Shown: positions 7,789-18,607, numbered from the stretch's first letter. The stretch is 64,000 bases of DNA from an uncultured Planctomycetia bacterium (GCA_964373715.1 CAYJVR010000002.1:246937-310936); one strand, 5' to 3'. Notes: generated by a model from the sequence alone, not told the origin. Numbers and translations are program-made.

Positions 7789-10266
7789 ATGAATATGTTC
7801 AACCGTTTTACCGAGCGTGCCCGTAAGGTGATCCTCCTGGCTAAAGAAGAAGCAAAACGTTTTAATCATGACTATATCGGCACAGAGCACATTATGCTCG
7901 GCCTCATCCGCGAAGGCGAGGGTGTCGCCGCCGCGGTTCTTCAGAATTTAGGTCTTTCTTCCGACCAGATCCGCCTTGAGGTGGAGAAACTTGTCCAGCT
8001 CGGGCCTTCCACGATTGTTTCCGGCGATATACCGTTCACTCCTAAAGCCAAAAAAGTCATCGAATTGGCGATGGATGAAGCCCGAAACCTCGGCCACAAC
8101 TACATCGGCACAGAGCACCTTCTTCTTGGTTTGATCCGTGAGGGGGAGGGGATTGCCGCGCAGGTCCTCGTTAACCTGGGATTGGACCTCGGCAAGGTCC
8201 GCCAGGAGGTCATGGAGCTTCTGGGTTCCACCGCTCCGGGTTATTCGGTGGGGCCGACCCCGGCGAAGACGAAGACCCCGGCGCTGGATGCTTTCGGCCG
8301 GGATCTGACCCAGTTGGCTCGGGAAAACAAGCTCGACCCGGTGATCGGGCGCCAGAACGAGATCGAGCGGGTGATTCAGATCCTTTCCCGCCGCACGAAG
8401 AACAACCCGGTTTTGCTGGGCGAGGCGGGTGTCGGCAAGACCGCTATCGTCGAGGGGCTCGCCCAGAAAGTGATCAAGTCGGACGTGCCGGAGATTCTCA
8501 AGGACAAGCGGGTCATTATCCTGGATCTGGCTTTGATGGTGGCCGGAACCAAGTACCGCGGCCAGTTCGAGGAGAGGATCAAGGCGGTGATGGATGAGAT
8601 CAAACGCTCCGAGAACATCGTGATCTTCATTGACGAGCTGCATACCTTGGTCGGCGCCGGCGGAGCGGAAGGGGCGATTGACGCTTCGAACATCCTGAAA
8701 CCCGCTTTGGCGCGTGGTGAAATCCAGTGCATCGGAGCCACGACGCTTGACGAATACCGCAAGTACATCGAGAAGGACGCCGCGCTCGAGAGGCGTTTCC
8801 AGACAATCATGGTGGATCCCCCCTCCGTCGAACAGACGGTGGAGATATTAAAGGGGATCCGGGACAAGTACGAGGCGCATCACAAGGTGAAGTATTCCGA
8901 CGCCTCTTTGGAGGCGTCGGCCAAGATGTCCGACCGTTACATCACCGGCCGTTACCTGCCGGATAAGGCGGTGGATCTGATTGATGAAGCCGGGTCCCGG
9001 GCCCGGCTCATGGTGCTGACCGCCCCGCCGAACCTGCGGGAGGTGGAGGACCGGATTGAGAAGCTAAGGAAAGAGAAGGAGGCCGCGGTCAAGGGGCAGG
9101 ATTTCGAGAAGGCTGCCGCGCTCCGGGACCAGGAGCGGGAGGCGCGCAGTGATTTGGAAAGGGCCAAGAGAGAATGGGCCCGGTCCAAGGCGGAGGCTCA
9201 GCCCGTGATCACGGCCGAGGATATCGCCCAGATTGTTTCGAAGTGGACAGGTATCCCGACATTCCGTCTGGAGGAGAAGGAGACCCAGAAACTCCTGCGG
9301 ATGGAGGAGGAACTCCACCAGAGGGTTGTGGGTCAGGACGAGGCAATCTCCGCGATCGCCAACGCTATCCGGCGTTCCCGCGCAGGGCTGAAAGATCCCC
9401 GCAGGCCGATCGGGTCCTTTATCTTTCTCGGGCCTACCGGCGTCGGCAAGACGCTGCTGGCGAAAGCGCTGGCCGAGTTTCTCTTCGGGGATGAAGACGC
9501 GATCATCCAGGTGGACATGTCCGAGTACATGGAGAAGTTCAACGTCTCCCGCCTGATTGGTGCTCCGCCCGGCTACGTGGGCTACGAGGAAGGGGGCCAG
9601 CTGACCGAGAAAGTCCGGCGCAGGCCCTACTCGATTGTCCTTTTGGACGAACTCGAAAAAGCGCACCCGGATGTTTTCAATCTGCTGCTCCAGGCCCTTG
9701 AGGAAGGGCGTTTGACCGACAGCTTTGGGCGGAAGGTGGACTTCAAGAATACCGTGCTGATTATGACCTCCAACATCGGAGCGGAACTTCTGAGGAAGTC
9801 GGCTTCGCTCGGTTTCCAGCAGCCAAAGGAGGAGACGACCTACCAGGACATGAAAAGCCAGCTCCTGGAGGAGGTCAAGAAAGCATTCAAGCCGGAATTT
9901 TTGAACCGCGTGGACGACATCATCGTCTTCAGGCCTCTTACACGGGACGATCTCAACAAGATCGTGGATATCGAGATGAACGAGGTGAGGAACAGGCTTA
10001 AGGAGATATCGGTATCTATCGAGCTGTCCCCCTCCGCGAAAGAGTATCTCATCGAAAAGGGATTTGACCCTCTTTACGGAGCCCGGCCTTTAAAGAGAAC
10101 CATCGCTCGTCTTTTAGAGGATTCTCTGGCCCAAGAGATCATCGCAGGACATTTTAAGGAGGGGTCTTCGATCCAGGTGGATGTGGAGAACGATAAACTG
10201 GTGTTCAACCCGTCCCCGGTTCCTGCCTCGTCCTCGCGTGGACAAGCGCCAGCCGCCGGGGTTTAA
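7789..10266 (+). CDS. clpC: ATP-dependent Clp protease ATP-binding subunit ClpC (double AAA+, Clp_N repeats, UVR linker)
   Basis: Duplicated Clp_N ([17 protein letters not shown] / [17 protein letters not shown]); Walker A GEAGVGKT and GPTGVGKT; ClpP-docking IGF loop (GSFIFLG region); length 825 aa. Confidence 0.9.
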   Translation: MNMFNRFTERARKVILLAKEEAKRFNHDYIGTEHIMLGLIREGEGVAAAVLQNLGLSSDQIRLEVEKLVQLGPSTIVSGDIPFTPKAKKVIELAMDEARNLGHNYIGTEHLLLGLIREGEGIAAQVLVNLGLDLGKVRQEVMELLGSTAPGYSVGPTPAKTKTPALDAFGRDLTQLARENKLDPVIGRQNEIERVIQILSRRTKNNPVLLGEAGVGKTAIVEGLAQKVIKSDVPEILKDKRVIILDLALMVAGTKYRGQFEERIKAVMDEIKRSENIVIFIDELHTLVGAGGAEGAIDASNILKPALARGEIQCIGATTLDEYRKYIEKDAALERRFQTIMVDPPSVEQTVEILKGIRDKYEAHHKVKYSDASLEASAKMSDRYITGRYLPDKAVDLIDEAGSRARLMVLTAPPNLREVEDRIEKLRKEKEAAVKGQDFEKAAALRDQEREARSDLERAKREWARSKAEAQPVITAEDIAQIVSKWTGIPTFRLEEKETQKLLRMEEELHQRVVGQDEAISAIANAIRRSRAGLKDPRRPIGSFIFLGPTGVGKTLLAKALAEFLFGDEDAIIQVDMSEYMEKFNVSRLIGAPPGYVGYEEGGQLTEKVRRRPYSIVLLDELEKAHPDVFNLLLQALEEGRLTDSFGRKVDFKNTVLIMTSNIGAELLRKSASLGFQQPKEETTYQDMKSQLLEEVKKAFKPEFLNRVDDIIVFRPLTRDDLNKIVDIEMNEVRNRLKEISVSIELSPSAKEYLIEKGFDPLYGARPLKRTIARLLEDSLAQEIIAGHFKEGSSIQVDVENDKLVFNPSPVPASSSRGQAPAAGV

Positions 10267-10284
10267 AGACCGCTTCTGTTCACA

Positions 10285-11805
10285 GTGAAACGTGGTTTCC
10301 TGTGGAAGGGGGCGGTGGCAGCCGTTTGTATTGCCCTTGGTGCGACGGTTTTGTTCGCGGCTGAATTGGGCCGTATCCAGATCGAAGATTCTCTCAGCAG
10401 GTTTTTCAAGATTCCGGTCCGCATCGAGAGGCTGACCTTTACCCCCAGACGTTTGACCCTCCACAATGTTTGTTTGGAGCCGAAGCGTTCCCGTTTTAAT
10501 TCCGCTGATGAACACAGCTTGCCCGTCCTTCTTATTGACCAACTGCAGATTGAAGGGTCCATTTTCTCCGTGCTGTCGGGGCGCTCATTCGGCTCCTGGT
10601 GGGCGGGAGGGGGATTGGAGTCGGTGCAGGTCACCCGGCTGACCTTTTCGGTCGGCGGTGTTCCGGTGCAGGCGCAGGGCAGGATTTTCCTGACCGGCAG
10701 TTCCACCGGGCCGACCCGCTGCGAAGGATGGCTGACGCTCCAGCACCCGATCCTCGGCGGAAGGGTGGAGGTCAGCGGTACTGCGCTGAAACCGGTCCTG
10801 TTCGGCTGGTTCGGCAATGGGGACAGCGGCACACGCGCTCATTTCGTCAGCAGTTGGCGGATCAGCGGCGAAGGGATCCGGTGCCTGCAGATGCAGATCC
10901 AGGATGGCTGGCTCTTGCAGGGGGGCCTCCAGCGGGATCTTCCGGATCCTTCGCGGCCGGCGGCCGCTTCGTTCAACGGCTTCTTTACTTTTAAAAAGGG
11001 GGATGAGCGGTTTGAGCTTCTCTTCAGCAGCCTTTCGTCCTCCTCCGGTAACGCGATTTTCCGCTTGTACCGGGAAGAACAGCTTCCGCGCGAGATGGAA
11101 GCGCAGTGGAAAGTTCGGCAGTCGGATCTTGAATTCAAGGGGACGCTTATGGGAGGGCAGGCTTTCCTTTCTGGGCATCTGAATCTCGAAGCTCCTTATC
11201 CGGTGACCATGGCGCTCAACCTGAAGGGAGTGGTGATGGAGGAGGTGGCGAAATGGGTGCTGCCTGCGCGCAGGGTTCCGGCCCTTTCCGGCCGGCTCCA
11301 TGGCACAGTGACGCTCAGCGGCCCGTTGAATCAGATCATCAGCGAGGGGGAGATTTCCGCAAGGTCTTTCACTCTTGGCCATGATCAATTTGATTACGGC
11401 GTCATCCGGTTCCGGGGGCAGGGCTCTATGCTTGAGGTGCACAATTCGCAGATGAACAGGGAAACCGGCATCGTGCTGGTGGATGGGCGTGTGGATTTAA
11501 GGCGCCTGGGCAAACAGGGTTTTCTCTCTTCGATAAAGATGTCCTCTCTGGAGAACGGCGTGGGATGGGCGGGATGGCGAATGACGCAGGGGGTATCCTC
11601 CTCAGGCCTGCGCTTGGGTAAAGTCGGCAGCGATGGGAAGGTTTCGGTCGGGTTCAACTATCAGATGGACACCGGTGTTGGACCGGAACCGAAAGAGCGG
11701 CAGGGAGTGGAGGTCGGTCTGCCGATCACATCGCAACAGAAAGTCAGCATCCGTTTGAATAAAGAAGAGGAGTTCGTCGGAGTTGAACACCGACAGCGGT
11801 TCTGA
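10285..11805 (+). CDS. membrane-anchored hypothetical protein, possibly an AsmA-like periplasmic-spanning protein
   Basis: GTG start. One N-terminal TM helix (AVAAVCIALGATVLFAA) followed by ~470 aa of beta-rich, Gly/Ser-rich sequence with no catalytic motifs. Position is immediately upstream of mlaEFD. Confidence 0.45.
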   Translation: MKRGFLWKGAVAAVCIALGATVLFAAELGRIQIEDSLSRFFKIPVRIERLTFTPRRLTLHNVCLEPKRSRFNSADEHSLPVLLIDQLQIEGSIFSVLSGRSFGSWWAGGGLESVQVTRLTFSVGGVPVQAQGRIFLTGSSTGPTRCEGWLTLQHPILGGRVEVSGTALKPVLFGWFGNGDSGTRAHFVSSWRISGEGIRCLQMQIQDGWLLQGGLQRDLPDPSRPAAASFNGFFTFKKGDERFELLFSSLSSSSGNAIFRLYREEQLPREMEAQWKVRQSDLEFKGTLMGGQAFLSGHLNLEAPYPVTMALNLKGVVMEEVAKWVLPARRVPALSGRLHGTVTLSGPLNQIISEGEISARSFTLGHDQFDYGVIRFRGQGSMLEVHNSQMNRETGIVLVDGRVDLRRLGKQGFLSSIKMSSLENGVGWAGWRMTQGVSSSGLRLGKVGSDGKVSVGFNYQMDTGVGPEPKERQGVEVGLPITSQQKVSIRLNKEEEFVGVEHRQRF

Positions 11806-12670
11806 AGCGGAAGCAAGGGAGTCTCTCGGGCAGAGGATTGTCCAGCCTCTCGGCGAGAGGGCGTTGGCCCTTTTTGCCTATCTGGGCGGGGCGAGCCTGC
11901 TGCTTGGGCAGACCCTTGCCAGTTTGGCGGGCCTTCCGTGGGGGAAATGGGCGGCGGGCATTCTTCTGCCGTGGCGCTGGAAAGCTCTCCATCGCGACCG
12001 GAAATGGCAGCTTTTATTGGAACAGATGGAAAAAATCGGCGTGGCCAGCCTCCCGCTGGTTTTTCTCACCTCCCTGTTTACCGGCATGGTGCTGGCGTTG
12101 CAGACTGCCTACCAGCTCCAGAAGATTTCGGCCACGCTGTACATCGGCGCTCTGGTGGCTCTTTCTATGACGCGTGAATTAGGGCCCGTGTTGACTGCGC
12201 TTGTCGTGGCCGGCCGCGTCGGGGCGGCAATCACAGCCGAGGTCGGTACGATGCGGGTGACTGAGCAGATTGACGCGCTGGAATGCCTGGGCGGCGACCC
12301 GGTCCGCTATCTGGTAGCGCCGCGTTTTATCGTTCTGCTGATTATGCTGCCCATCCTGACGCTGTATGCCGACGTGATGGGCATGTTGGGCGGTTATGTG
12401 ATCGGTGTTTATAAGCTGGGGATCGGTTCGAACCTTTACCTCGGCAACACGTGGGACGCGCTGAGGCTCAAAGACATCTTCACGGGATTGTTTAAGGCGG
12501 GCGTGTTCGGCACGATCATTGCCACCATCTCTTGTTACGAGGGTTTTGAAACAACCGGCGGCGCCGAAGGGGTGGGGCGGTCCACCACTCTTTCGGTTGT
12601 GACGGCGTTTATCCTGATCATCGCGGCCGACTGCTTCTTCACGGCGCTGTTTTACTTCGTGTTTCCATGA
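11783..12670 (+). CDS. mlaE: phospholipid ABC transporter permease MlaE
   Basis: MlaE/Ttg2B signature LVVAGRVGAAITAEVGTMRVTEQIDALE and 5-6 TM helices. Confidence 0.8.
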   Translation: MNTDSGSEAEARESLGQRIVQPLGERALALFAYLGGASLLLGQTLASLAGLPWGKWAAGILLPWRWKALHRDRKWQLLLEQMEKIGVASLPLVFLTSLFTGMVLALQTAYQLQKISATLYIGALVALSMTRELGPVLTALVVAGRVGAAITAEVGTMRVTEQIDALECLGGDPVRYLVAPRFIVLLIMLPILTLYADVMGMLGGYVIGVYKLGIGSNLYLGNTWDALRLKDIFTGLFKAGVFGTIIATISCYEGFETTGGAEGVGRSTTLSVVTAFILIIAADCFFTALFYFVFP

Positions 12671-13413
12671 TTGAAATAATCAACGTCTACAAGAGTTTCA
12701 GGAACCGCCCGGTCCTGGATGGGGTGAGCCTCACGATCCGGGACGGGGAAACCATGGTGATCATCGGCCGGTCGGGCGTGGGGAAATCGGTTCTGCTCAA
12801 ACACATTGTCGGTCTGATTTACCCGGACCGGGGCCAGGTGATTGTGGACGGGCAGGAGGTGTCGAACCTGCACGGCAAGGACATGATCTCTTTCCGCTTG
12901 AAGATCGGAATGCTGTTCCAGGGGGCCGCTTTATTCGATTCGATGACGGTGGGGGAGAATGTGGCTTTTGCCTTGCATGAGCATACCCACATGTTGGATC
13001 AGGAGATAAAAGTTCGCGTGGAGGAATGTCTAGGGCTGGTTGGCCTGAGTGAGATCGAGCGGATGAAGCCGTCGGAGCTTTCCGGAGGCATGAAGAAAAG
13101 AGTCGGTTTGGCCCGTGCGCTGGCTATCAAACCGCGAGTGATCCTGTACGATGAGCCGACGACAGGCGTTGATCCTTTGATGGCCGGCACGATCAACCGC
13201 TTGATTGTCCAGCTGCACGATAAGCTCAAGGTGACGGGGGTAGCGGTGACCCATGATATGTCCAGCGCCTACAAAATCGCGGACAGAATCGCCATGCTCC
13301 ATGAGGGGAAGATCATTGAGGTGGGCACTACGCAGGAGATCAAGAACACGTCGAACCCGATCGTCAGGCAGTTTATCTTAGGGATTCTGGAAGAACCGGA
13401 GCTAAAGCGGTAA
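12667..13413 (+). CDS. mlaF: phospholipid ABC transporter ATP-binding protein MlaF
   Basis: Walker A GRSGVGKS, signature LSGGMKKRVGLARALA, Walker B ILYDEPTTGVD. Confidence 0.85.
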   Translation: MIEIINVYKSFRNRPVLDGVSLTIRDGETMVIIGRSGVGKSVLLKHIVGLIYPDRGQVIVDGQEVSNLHGKDMISFRLKIGMLFQGAALFDSMTVGENVAFALHEHTHMLDQEIKVRVEECLGLVGLSEIERMKPSELSGGMKKRVGLARALAIKPRVILYDEPTTGVDPLMAGTINRLIVQLHDKLKVTGVAVTHDMSSAYKIADRIAMLHEGKIIEVGTTQEIKNTSNPIVRQFILGILEEPELKR

Positions 13414-13425
13414 GATAGGAGAATC

Positions 13426-14220
13426 ATGAGCAACGAGACCCGGGAAATCAAAGTGGGGCTGTTCATATTCATCGCGTTCGTCCTCCTGGCCGTTGTCATC
13501 TTTTCGATATCTGATTTCTACACCGTTCGGCCGCAGTATCCTCTTCGTGTTCGGTTCGGTTTTGCGGGCGGCATCCAGACCGGGGCTCCGGTCCGGATGG
13601 CGGGCGTGAACGTGGGCGAAGTAAAGAGTGTCCGCCTGTTCCGGGATGAAACCTCCCAGAAGATGCTGGCTGAGCTCGGGATCAATCTCTCCAAAGAGGC
13701 GGTGATCGAGGAGGATGCGATCGCCTATATCAACACGCTGGGTTTGATCGGTGAGAAATATCTTGAGGTTGTTCCCGGTTCGGCGAGCGCCCGTGTTCTG
13801 AAACCGGGAGAGTTCCTTATGGGCAAGGATTCGGTGCCGATGGAGCGGTTTCTTGACGCCAGCTATAACGCGGTCCGCCAGATTGAGCAGACGGTCGCCT
13901 CGATTAACACAATCATGGGTACCGAAGTGACAAAGACAGCTATTAGGGATACTCTCGTCAACACCCAGGAGGCGACCGCGCAGCTCAGCGAGCTTCTGAA
14001 GCAAGCTAACGAGGTGATGGCCAAAATACGCACGGGCGAAGGGACTGTCGGCCGGCTGTTGACCCAGGACGATCTCTATAAAGATTTGAAGGAACTGACT
14101 TCTGATTTGAAGTCGCATCCCTGGAAGCTAGTGTACAAGGGGAAAGAGAAGAGGAATGAAGAGAAGCCGTCTGCTGATCCGGCGGCTCCGCAGGAGAAGA
14201 AGAAAAATTGGATTTTTTAA
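13426..14220 (+). CDS. mlaD: MCE-domain periplasmic substrate-binding protein MlaD
   Basis: N-terminal TM anchor (VGLFIFIAFVLLAVVIF) and MCE-domain core (GAPVRMAGVNVGEVKSV). Follows mlaEF. Confidence 0.75.
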   Translation: MSNETREIKVGLFIFIAFVLLAVVIFSISDFYTVRPQYPLRVRFGFAGGIQTGAPVRMAGVNVGEVKSVRLFRDETSQKMLAELGINLSKEAVIEEDAIAYINTLGLIGEKYLEVVPGSASARVLKPGEFLMGKDSVPMERFLDASYNAVRQIEQTVASINTIMGTEVTKTAIRDTLVNTQEATAQLSELLKQANEVMAKIRTGEGTVGRLLTQDDLYKDLKELTSDLKSHPWKLVYKGKEKRNEEKPSADPAAPQEKKKNWIF

Positions 14221-14288
14221 TATTTCATAACGGAGTGAACGAAAGATGATCGGAGTTATTTATTCCTATCAAGAGGGAGGAGATTCTT

Positions 14289-15308
14289 ATGACATTATGG
14301 TTCGTGCGCGGTTTTTTCGTCGCGTTAAGCGCGATCGTCGGTTATCGGCTCGGAGGGGTGCTGGGACCCGGCGTGGAGAATGCCGGGGCTTTGGCTGGAG
14401 TGGCGCTAGCCGTTTCCTTAATTCTTCTCGAACTGGCGCTGCGCAAGGTTTCCGCGAGGGGTTTGTCCGCGGCGGTGTTCGGGTTGATTTTCGGCCTCAT
14501 CATGTCTCGGGTCATCATTGCAACGCTGGATATGGTTCCGATGCAGGCGGAGCTCTCCAACTCGCTCAAAGCCGCCATCGTCGTGATTTTTTGCTATTAC
14601 GGGATGATCATCGCTTTGAGGGGAAGGGATGAGTTCAACCTGATCATCCCGTATGTCCGGTTCTCGCGGCAGGACCAGCGGGAAGAGACGATCCTGCTGG
14701 ATACCAGCGTTGTCATTGACGGACGGATTGCAGACATCTGCCAGACGAGATTTATTGAAGGGCGGTTGATAGCTCCCCGGTTTGTCCTCAGGGAACTTCA
14801 GCAAATCGCCGACAGCCAGGATCCGATCAAAAGGAACCGCGGCCGGCGCGGACTGGATGTTCTAGCGAGGCTTCAGAAAACCCCGCAGGTGGAGGTGAAG
14901 ATCAGCGAGGAGGATTTCCCCGAGACGAAAGAGGTGGATGCCAAGCTGGTCAAGCTGGCCAAACTGATCGGCGCGAAGATACTCACGAATGACTTTAACC
15001 TGAACAAAATCGCCGAGCTGCAGGGGGTTCACGTGCTCAACATCAACGAGTTGGCGAACGCGCTGAAACCTGTAGTTCTGCCCGGAGAGCTTCTCGAAGC
15101 CCGGCTGATAAAAGAGGGCAAGGAGTATAACCAAGGGGTCGCCTACCTGGACGACGGGACGATGGTGGTTGTCGAACAGGGGCGCAACCTGATAGGGCAG
15201 ACGGTCCGGGTGCTGGTGACCAGCGTTCTTCAGACAGCGGCTGGCCGGATGATATTTGCCAAGCCGGAATCGGAAGGAAACCGGGCGGCCTGGAAAGTGG
15301 CCAAATAG
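14289..15308 (+). CDS. yacL: membrane-anchored PIN plus TRAM domain protein (YacL-like)
   Basis: Three N-terminal TM helices, PIN domain (ILLDTSVVIDGRI...TNDFNLNKIA) and C-terminal TRAM-like beta domain. Lies upstream of ispD-ispF as in the Bacillus yacL-ispD-ispF arrangement. Confidence 0.7.
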   Translation: MTLWFVRGFFVALSAIVGYRLGGVLGPGVENAGALAGVALAVSLILLELALRKVSARGLSAAVFGLIFGLIMSRVIIATLDMVPMQAELSNSLKAAIVVIFCYYGMIIALRGRDEFNLIIPYVRFSRQDQREETILLDTSVVIDGRIADICQTRFIEGRLIAPRFVLRELQQIADSQDPIKRNRGRRGLDVLARLQKTPQVEVKISEEDFPETKEVDAKLVKLAKLIGAKILTNDFNLNKIAELQGVHVLNINELANALKPVVLPGELLEARLIKEGKEYNQGVAYLDDGTMVVVEQGRNLIGQTVRVLVTSVLQTAAGRMIFAKPESEGNRAAWKVAK

Positions 15309-15318
15309 CGGCGGAGCG

Positions 15319-16014
15319 ATGAAGAGCCGCGGTTTGGTTGCTGCCGTTATTGTGGCCGGCGGTGTGGGCAGCCGCTTGAAAACGAAGGTTCGTAAGCCGT
15401 TCGTCCGCATTGCGGGGCGGCCTCTGTTGTCCTGGACGATCGCCGCTGTCGAGAAGACCCCAGCCGTTGACCATATTGTGCTGGTTGTCCATCCGGACGA
15501 CATCAAAGCCGCCGCTGCCCTCGTGAAGCGCTGGCGCTGCCGCAAGGTGGACCGGATCGTGGCCGGCGGCGATTCCCGGATGGCCTCGGTGGCCAACGGG
15601 CTGAAAGCCCTGCCCGAAGGAGCCGCCTGGGTGGCGGTGCACGATGGGGCGAGGCCGTTGATCGCGCCGGAAACCTTTGAGAAGACGGTCCTCGCGGCGC
15701 GGCAGTATGGAGCCGCGATCGTCGCGGTGCCGGTGGTACCGACGATCAAGTCGGCGAAAGAAGGCTGGGTCACAGGCACGCTTGACCGGCGCTCTCTCTG
15801 GGCGGTGCAGACGCCGCAGGTATTCGAGCGGCGGCTGCTCGAGCAGTCCCACGACAACGGCAAAAGGCGCGGGATGCAGGCGACCGACGACGCCGCGCTC
15901 GTCGAGGCATTTGGCCGCAAGGTGAGGGTCGTCGAAGGGTCCCATCGGAACATCAAGGTGACCACCCCGGAAGACGTGGCGATCGCCGAAGCGTTTTTAA
16001 GGAAAAAGAGATAG
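15319..16014 (+). CDS. ispD: 2-C-methyl-D-erythritol 4-phosphate cytidylyltransferase
   Basis: AAVIVAGGVGSRL nucleotidyltransferase P-loop near the N-terminus. ATG at 15319 (MKSRGL) chosen over the longer upstream ORF start at 15256. Confidence 0.85.
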   Translation: MKSRGLVAAVIVAGGVGSRLKTKVRKPFVRIAGRPLLSWTIAAVEKTPAVDHIVLVVHPDDIKAAAALVKRWRCRKVDRIVAGGDSRMASVANGLKALPEGAAWVAVHDGARPLIAPETFEKTVLAARQYGAAIVAVPVVPTIKSAKEGWVTGTLDRRSLWAVQTPQVFERRLLEQSHDNGKRRGMQATDDAALVEAFGRKVRVVEGSHRNIKVTTPEDVAIAEAFLRKKR

Positions 16015-16016
16015 AA

Positions 16017-16490
16017 ATGCGGGTCGGCATGGGTTTTGACATACACAAGCTGGTGGAAAAGAGGCCGCTGATGCTCGGCGGGGTGAAGATTCCCCACTCG
16101 AAAGGCCTGTTGGGCCATTCCGACGCCGATGTTCTGCTCCACGCTCTCTGCGACGCGATTCTCGGGGCCGCCGGCGCCGGCGACATGGGCTCTTATTTCC
16201 CGGACACCGACCCGAAATGGAAGGGGGCCTCCAGCATCCAGTTCATTGAGAAGACAGTCGAGTTGGCCGGCCGCTCGAAGCTGCGGGTCGTCAACGCCGA
16301 CTTGACGATTGTCGGCGAGGAGCCGAAAATGGCCCCGCACCGGCGGGAGATCCAGGAGACGATCGCCCGGGCTCTGGGGATCGACCACAGGCGGGTGAAC
16401 CTGAAAGCGAAGACGATGGAAGGCCTCGGCGAGATCGGGGCGGGTGAGGCGATTGCGGCCTATGCGGTGGTACTGCTCGATGATTATTAA
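16017..16490 (+). CDS. ispF: 2-C-methyl-D-erythritol 2,4-cyclodiphosphate synthase
   Basis: [12 protein letters not shown]...[19 protein letters not shown], the classic IspF metal-binding signature. Confidence 0.9.
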   Translation: MRVGMGFDIHKLVEKRPLMLGGVKIPHSKGLLGHSDADVLLHALCDAILGAAGAGDMGSYFPDTDPKWKGASSIQFIEKTVELAGRSKLRVVNADLTIVGEEPKMAPHRREIQETIARALGIDHRRVNLKAKTMEGLGEIGAGEAIAAYAVVLLDDY

Positions 16491-17184
16491 ACTTTTTTTG
16501 GCGGTATTTTTCGGGTGGCTCTTTCTTCTCTACGTGAAAAACAAGATGCGGGGCGAGATTAAAGGGGCGATGGAACGGGACCCGGCGGCCCGCTCCGAGT
16601 GGGAGGTCCTGCTGCTTTACCCGAGTATTTTTGCGCTTGCCTCGCACAAGATCGCCCGCCCTCTGCACAAAAAAGGATTCACCTTCCTGGCCCGGCTCAT
16701 CTCTCAGACGAGCCGAGGTTTCACCGGCATTGAGATCCATCCGGGGGCGAAGATCGGCAAGGGGCTTTTTATTGATCACGGCATGGGGGTGGTGATCGGC
16801 GAGACGGCCGAGATCGGCAATAATGTGACCTTGTACCAGGGTGTGACCCTAGGCGGAACCGGCAAGGAGAAGGGGAAGCGGCACCCGACGCTCGGCAACA
16901 ATGTTGTCGTCGGGTCCGGCGCGAAGGTGCTCGGTTCCTTCAAGGTGGGGGACAACGTGCAGATCGGGTCAAACGCGGTCGTGATCAAGGAGGTGCCGCC
17001 CAATTCGGTGGTGGTGGGGGTGCCGGGCCGGATCGTCCGCCAGCACGGGCAGGAGGTGCCGAGTCTCAAGCTGGACCAGGTGCATCTGCCGGACCCGATC
17101 GCCCAGGCGCTGGAAAAACTCCAGAAAGAGATAGACCTGCACGAGAAGCAGCTTAAAGAACAGCGCGAAAAAACCGGCAGGTAG
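16479..17184 (+). CDS. cysE: serine O-acetyltransferase
   Basis: N-terminal SATase region ERDPAARS, then hexapeptide-repeat LbH ([44 protein letters not shown]). Alternative start at ATG 16547 (MRGEIKG) would remove a hydrophobic N-terminal extension. Confidence 0.75.
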
Positions 17185-17188
17185 TCTC

Positions 17189-18607
17189 ATGTCCATCCGC
17201 TTCACCAACACGCTGACTCGCCAGAAAGAGGAATTTAAAGCGCTCCACGGGGGGAGGGTTTCCCTTTATGTCTGCGGCGTAACGGTCTACGACCACTGCC
17301 ACGTTGGCCACGCGCGCGGGGCGGTGGTGTTCGATGTTCTCCGGCGCTACCTGCAGGACAGGGGGTACGCGGTTGTGCATGTGCGCAACGTGACCGACGT
17401 GGACGACAAGATCATCGAGCGGGCCCGTTCCGAATCGCCGACGGGGGACCTGAAAGCCGCCGCGCTCGCGGTGGCCCGCCGCTACGAGGCCAGCTTTCGG
17501 GAAGATTTCGATAAGCTGGGTCTTTTGCCCCCGAGGTATGAGCCCCGCGCCACCGAATACATTCCGAAGATGATCCGGTTCATCGAGGACCTAATCCCGG
17601 GAGGATACGCGTACGAGGGGACCGACGGGGTCTACTTCTCCGTCCGGAATCTGGGTCGGGAATACGGCCGTTTGTCCCACCAGAACCCGGACCAAATGAT
17701 AGAGGGGGTCCGCGTGGAGCCGGGAGAGGGAAAGAGGGACCCGCTCGATTTCGCCCTTTGGAAAAAAGCGAAACCGGATGAGCCGAGCTGGGAATCCCCC
17801 TGGGGGCCGGGCCGGCCCGGCTGGCACATCGAATGCTCCGCGATGTCGACCAACATCCTGGGAAACCTGTTTGACATCCACGGCGGCGGACAGGACCTGA
17901 TCTTCCCTCACCATGAAAACGAGCGGGCCCAGGCGCTCGGGTCCGGCAAGCCGTTCGCCCGGTACTGGCTGCACAACGGCCTGCTCACCGTGAACGGGCA
18001 GAAGATGTCGAAATCGGCCGGGAACGTTATCCGGATCCAGGACGTCCTGGCGAAGCACTCGCCCGATGTTCTGAGGATGTTTTTCCTGGGGGCCCACTAC
18101 AAATCGCCGCAGGATTTTACCTGGGAGCGGTTGGAGGAGGCGGCGAATTCATACGACCGGCTTGTCGGTGTGTTTCAGAATATGCAGCAAAAAATAGGGA
18201 CGGGGCCTGAGACAGGATCTAAGCTTTTGGAACAGCACCGGGACAGGTTCTTCACGGCGATGGATGACGATTTGAATACCCCGGAAGCCTTGGCTGTTCT
18301 GTTCGGTTTGCTCAGCACCGCGGGCTCCCGCCTCCAGGGGCGGGCCCCGAAACCCCCCACTCCCGATGACATGGAAAAGGTCCGATTTATATTGAGCCAG
18401 GTGCAGAAACTGGCGCAAGTCCTAGGCTTGTCGCTGGCTTCTTTCGGCGCCAACGATCCGTTGGTGGAACAGCTCATTTCGGAACGGGATGAGGCCCGGA
18501 AGCAAAAAGATTACGCCGCCTCGGACAAAATCAGGGACCAGCTGGCCGAGATGGGGTATGTCGTCGAGGATACGTCCGACAAGACGGTTGTGAGGAAAAA
18601 GGTATGA
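17189..18607 (+). CDS. cysS: cysteinyl-tRNA synthetase
   Basis: Class I HIGH (CHVGHARG), zinc-binding Cys, KMSKS (KMSKSAGN). Confidence 0.9.
   Translation: MSIRFTNTLTRQKEEFKALHGGRVSLYVCGVTVYDHCHVGHARGAVVFDVLRRYLQDRGYAVVHVRNVTDVDDKIIERARSESPTGDLKAAALAVARRYEASFREDFDKLGLLPPRYEPRATEYIPKMIRFIEDLIPGGYAYEGTDGVYFSVRNLGREYGRLSHQNPDQMIEGVRVEPGEGKRDPLDFALWKKAKPDEPSWESPWGPGRPGWHIECSAMSTNILGNLFDIHGGGQDLIFPHHENERAQALGSGKPFARYWLHNGLLTVNGQKMSKSAGNVIRIQDVLAKHSPDVLRMFFLGAHYKSPQDFTWERLEEAANSYDRLVGVFQNMQQKIGTGPETGSKLLEQHRDRFFTAMDDDLNTPEALAVLFGLLSTAGSRLQGRAPKPPTPDDMEKVRFILSQVQKLAQVLGLSLASFGANDPLVEQLISERDEARKQKDYAASDKIRDQLAEMGYVVEDTSDKTVVRKKV

Noticed and set aside
12415-12435. GGTTCGAACC-like sequence reminiscent of a tRNA T-arm.
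   Set aside because: It lies inside mlaE coding sequence with no flanking acceptor or anticodon arm structure. No tRNA genes were found in the window.
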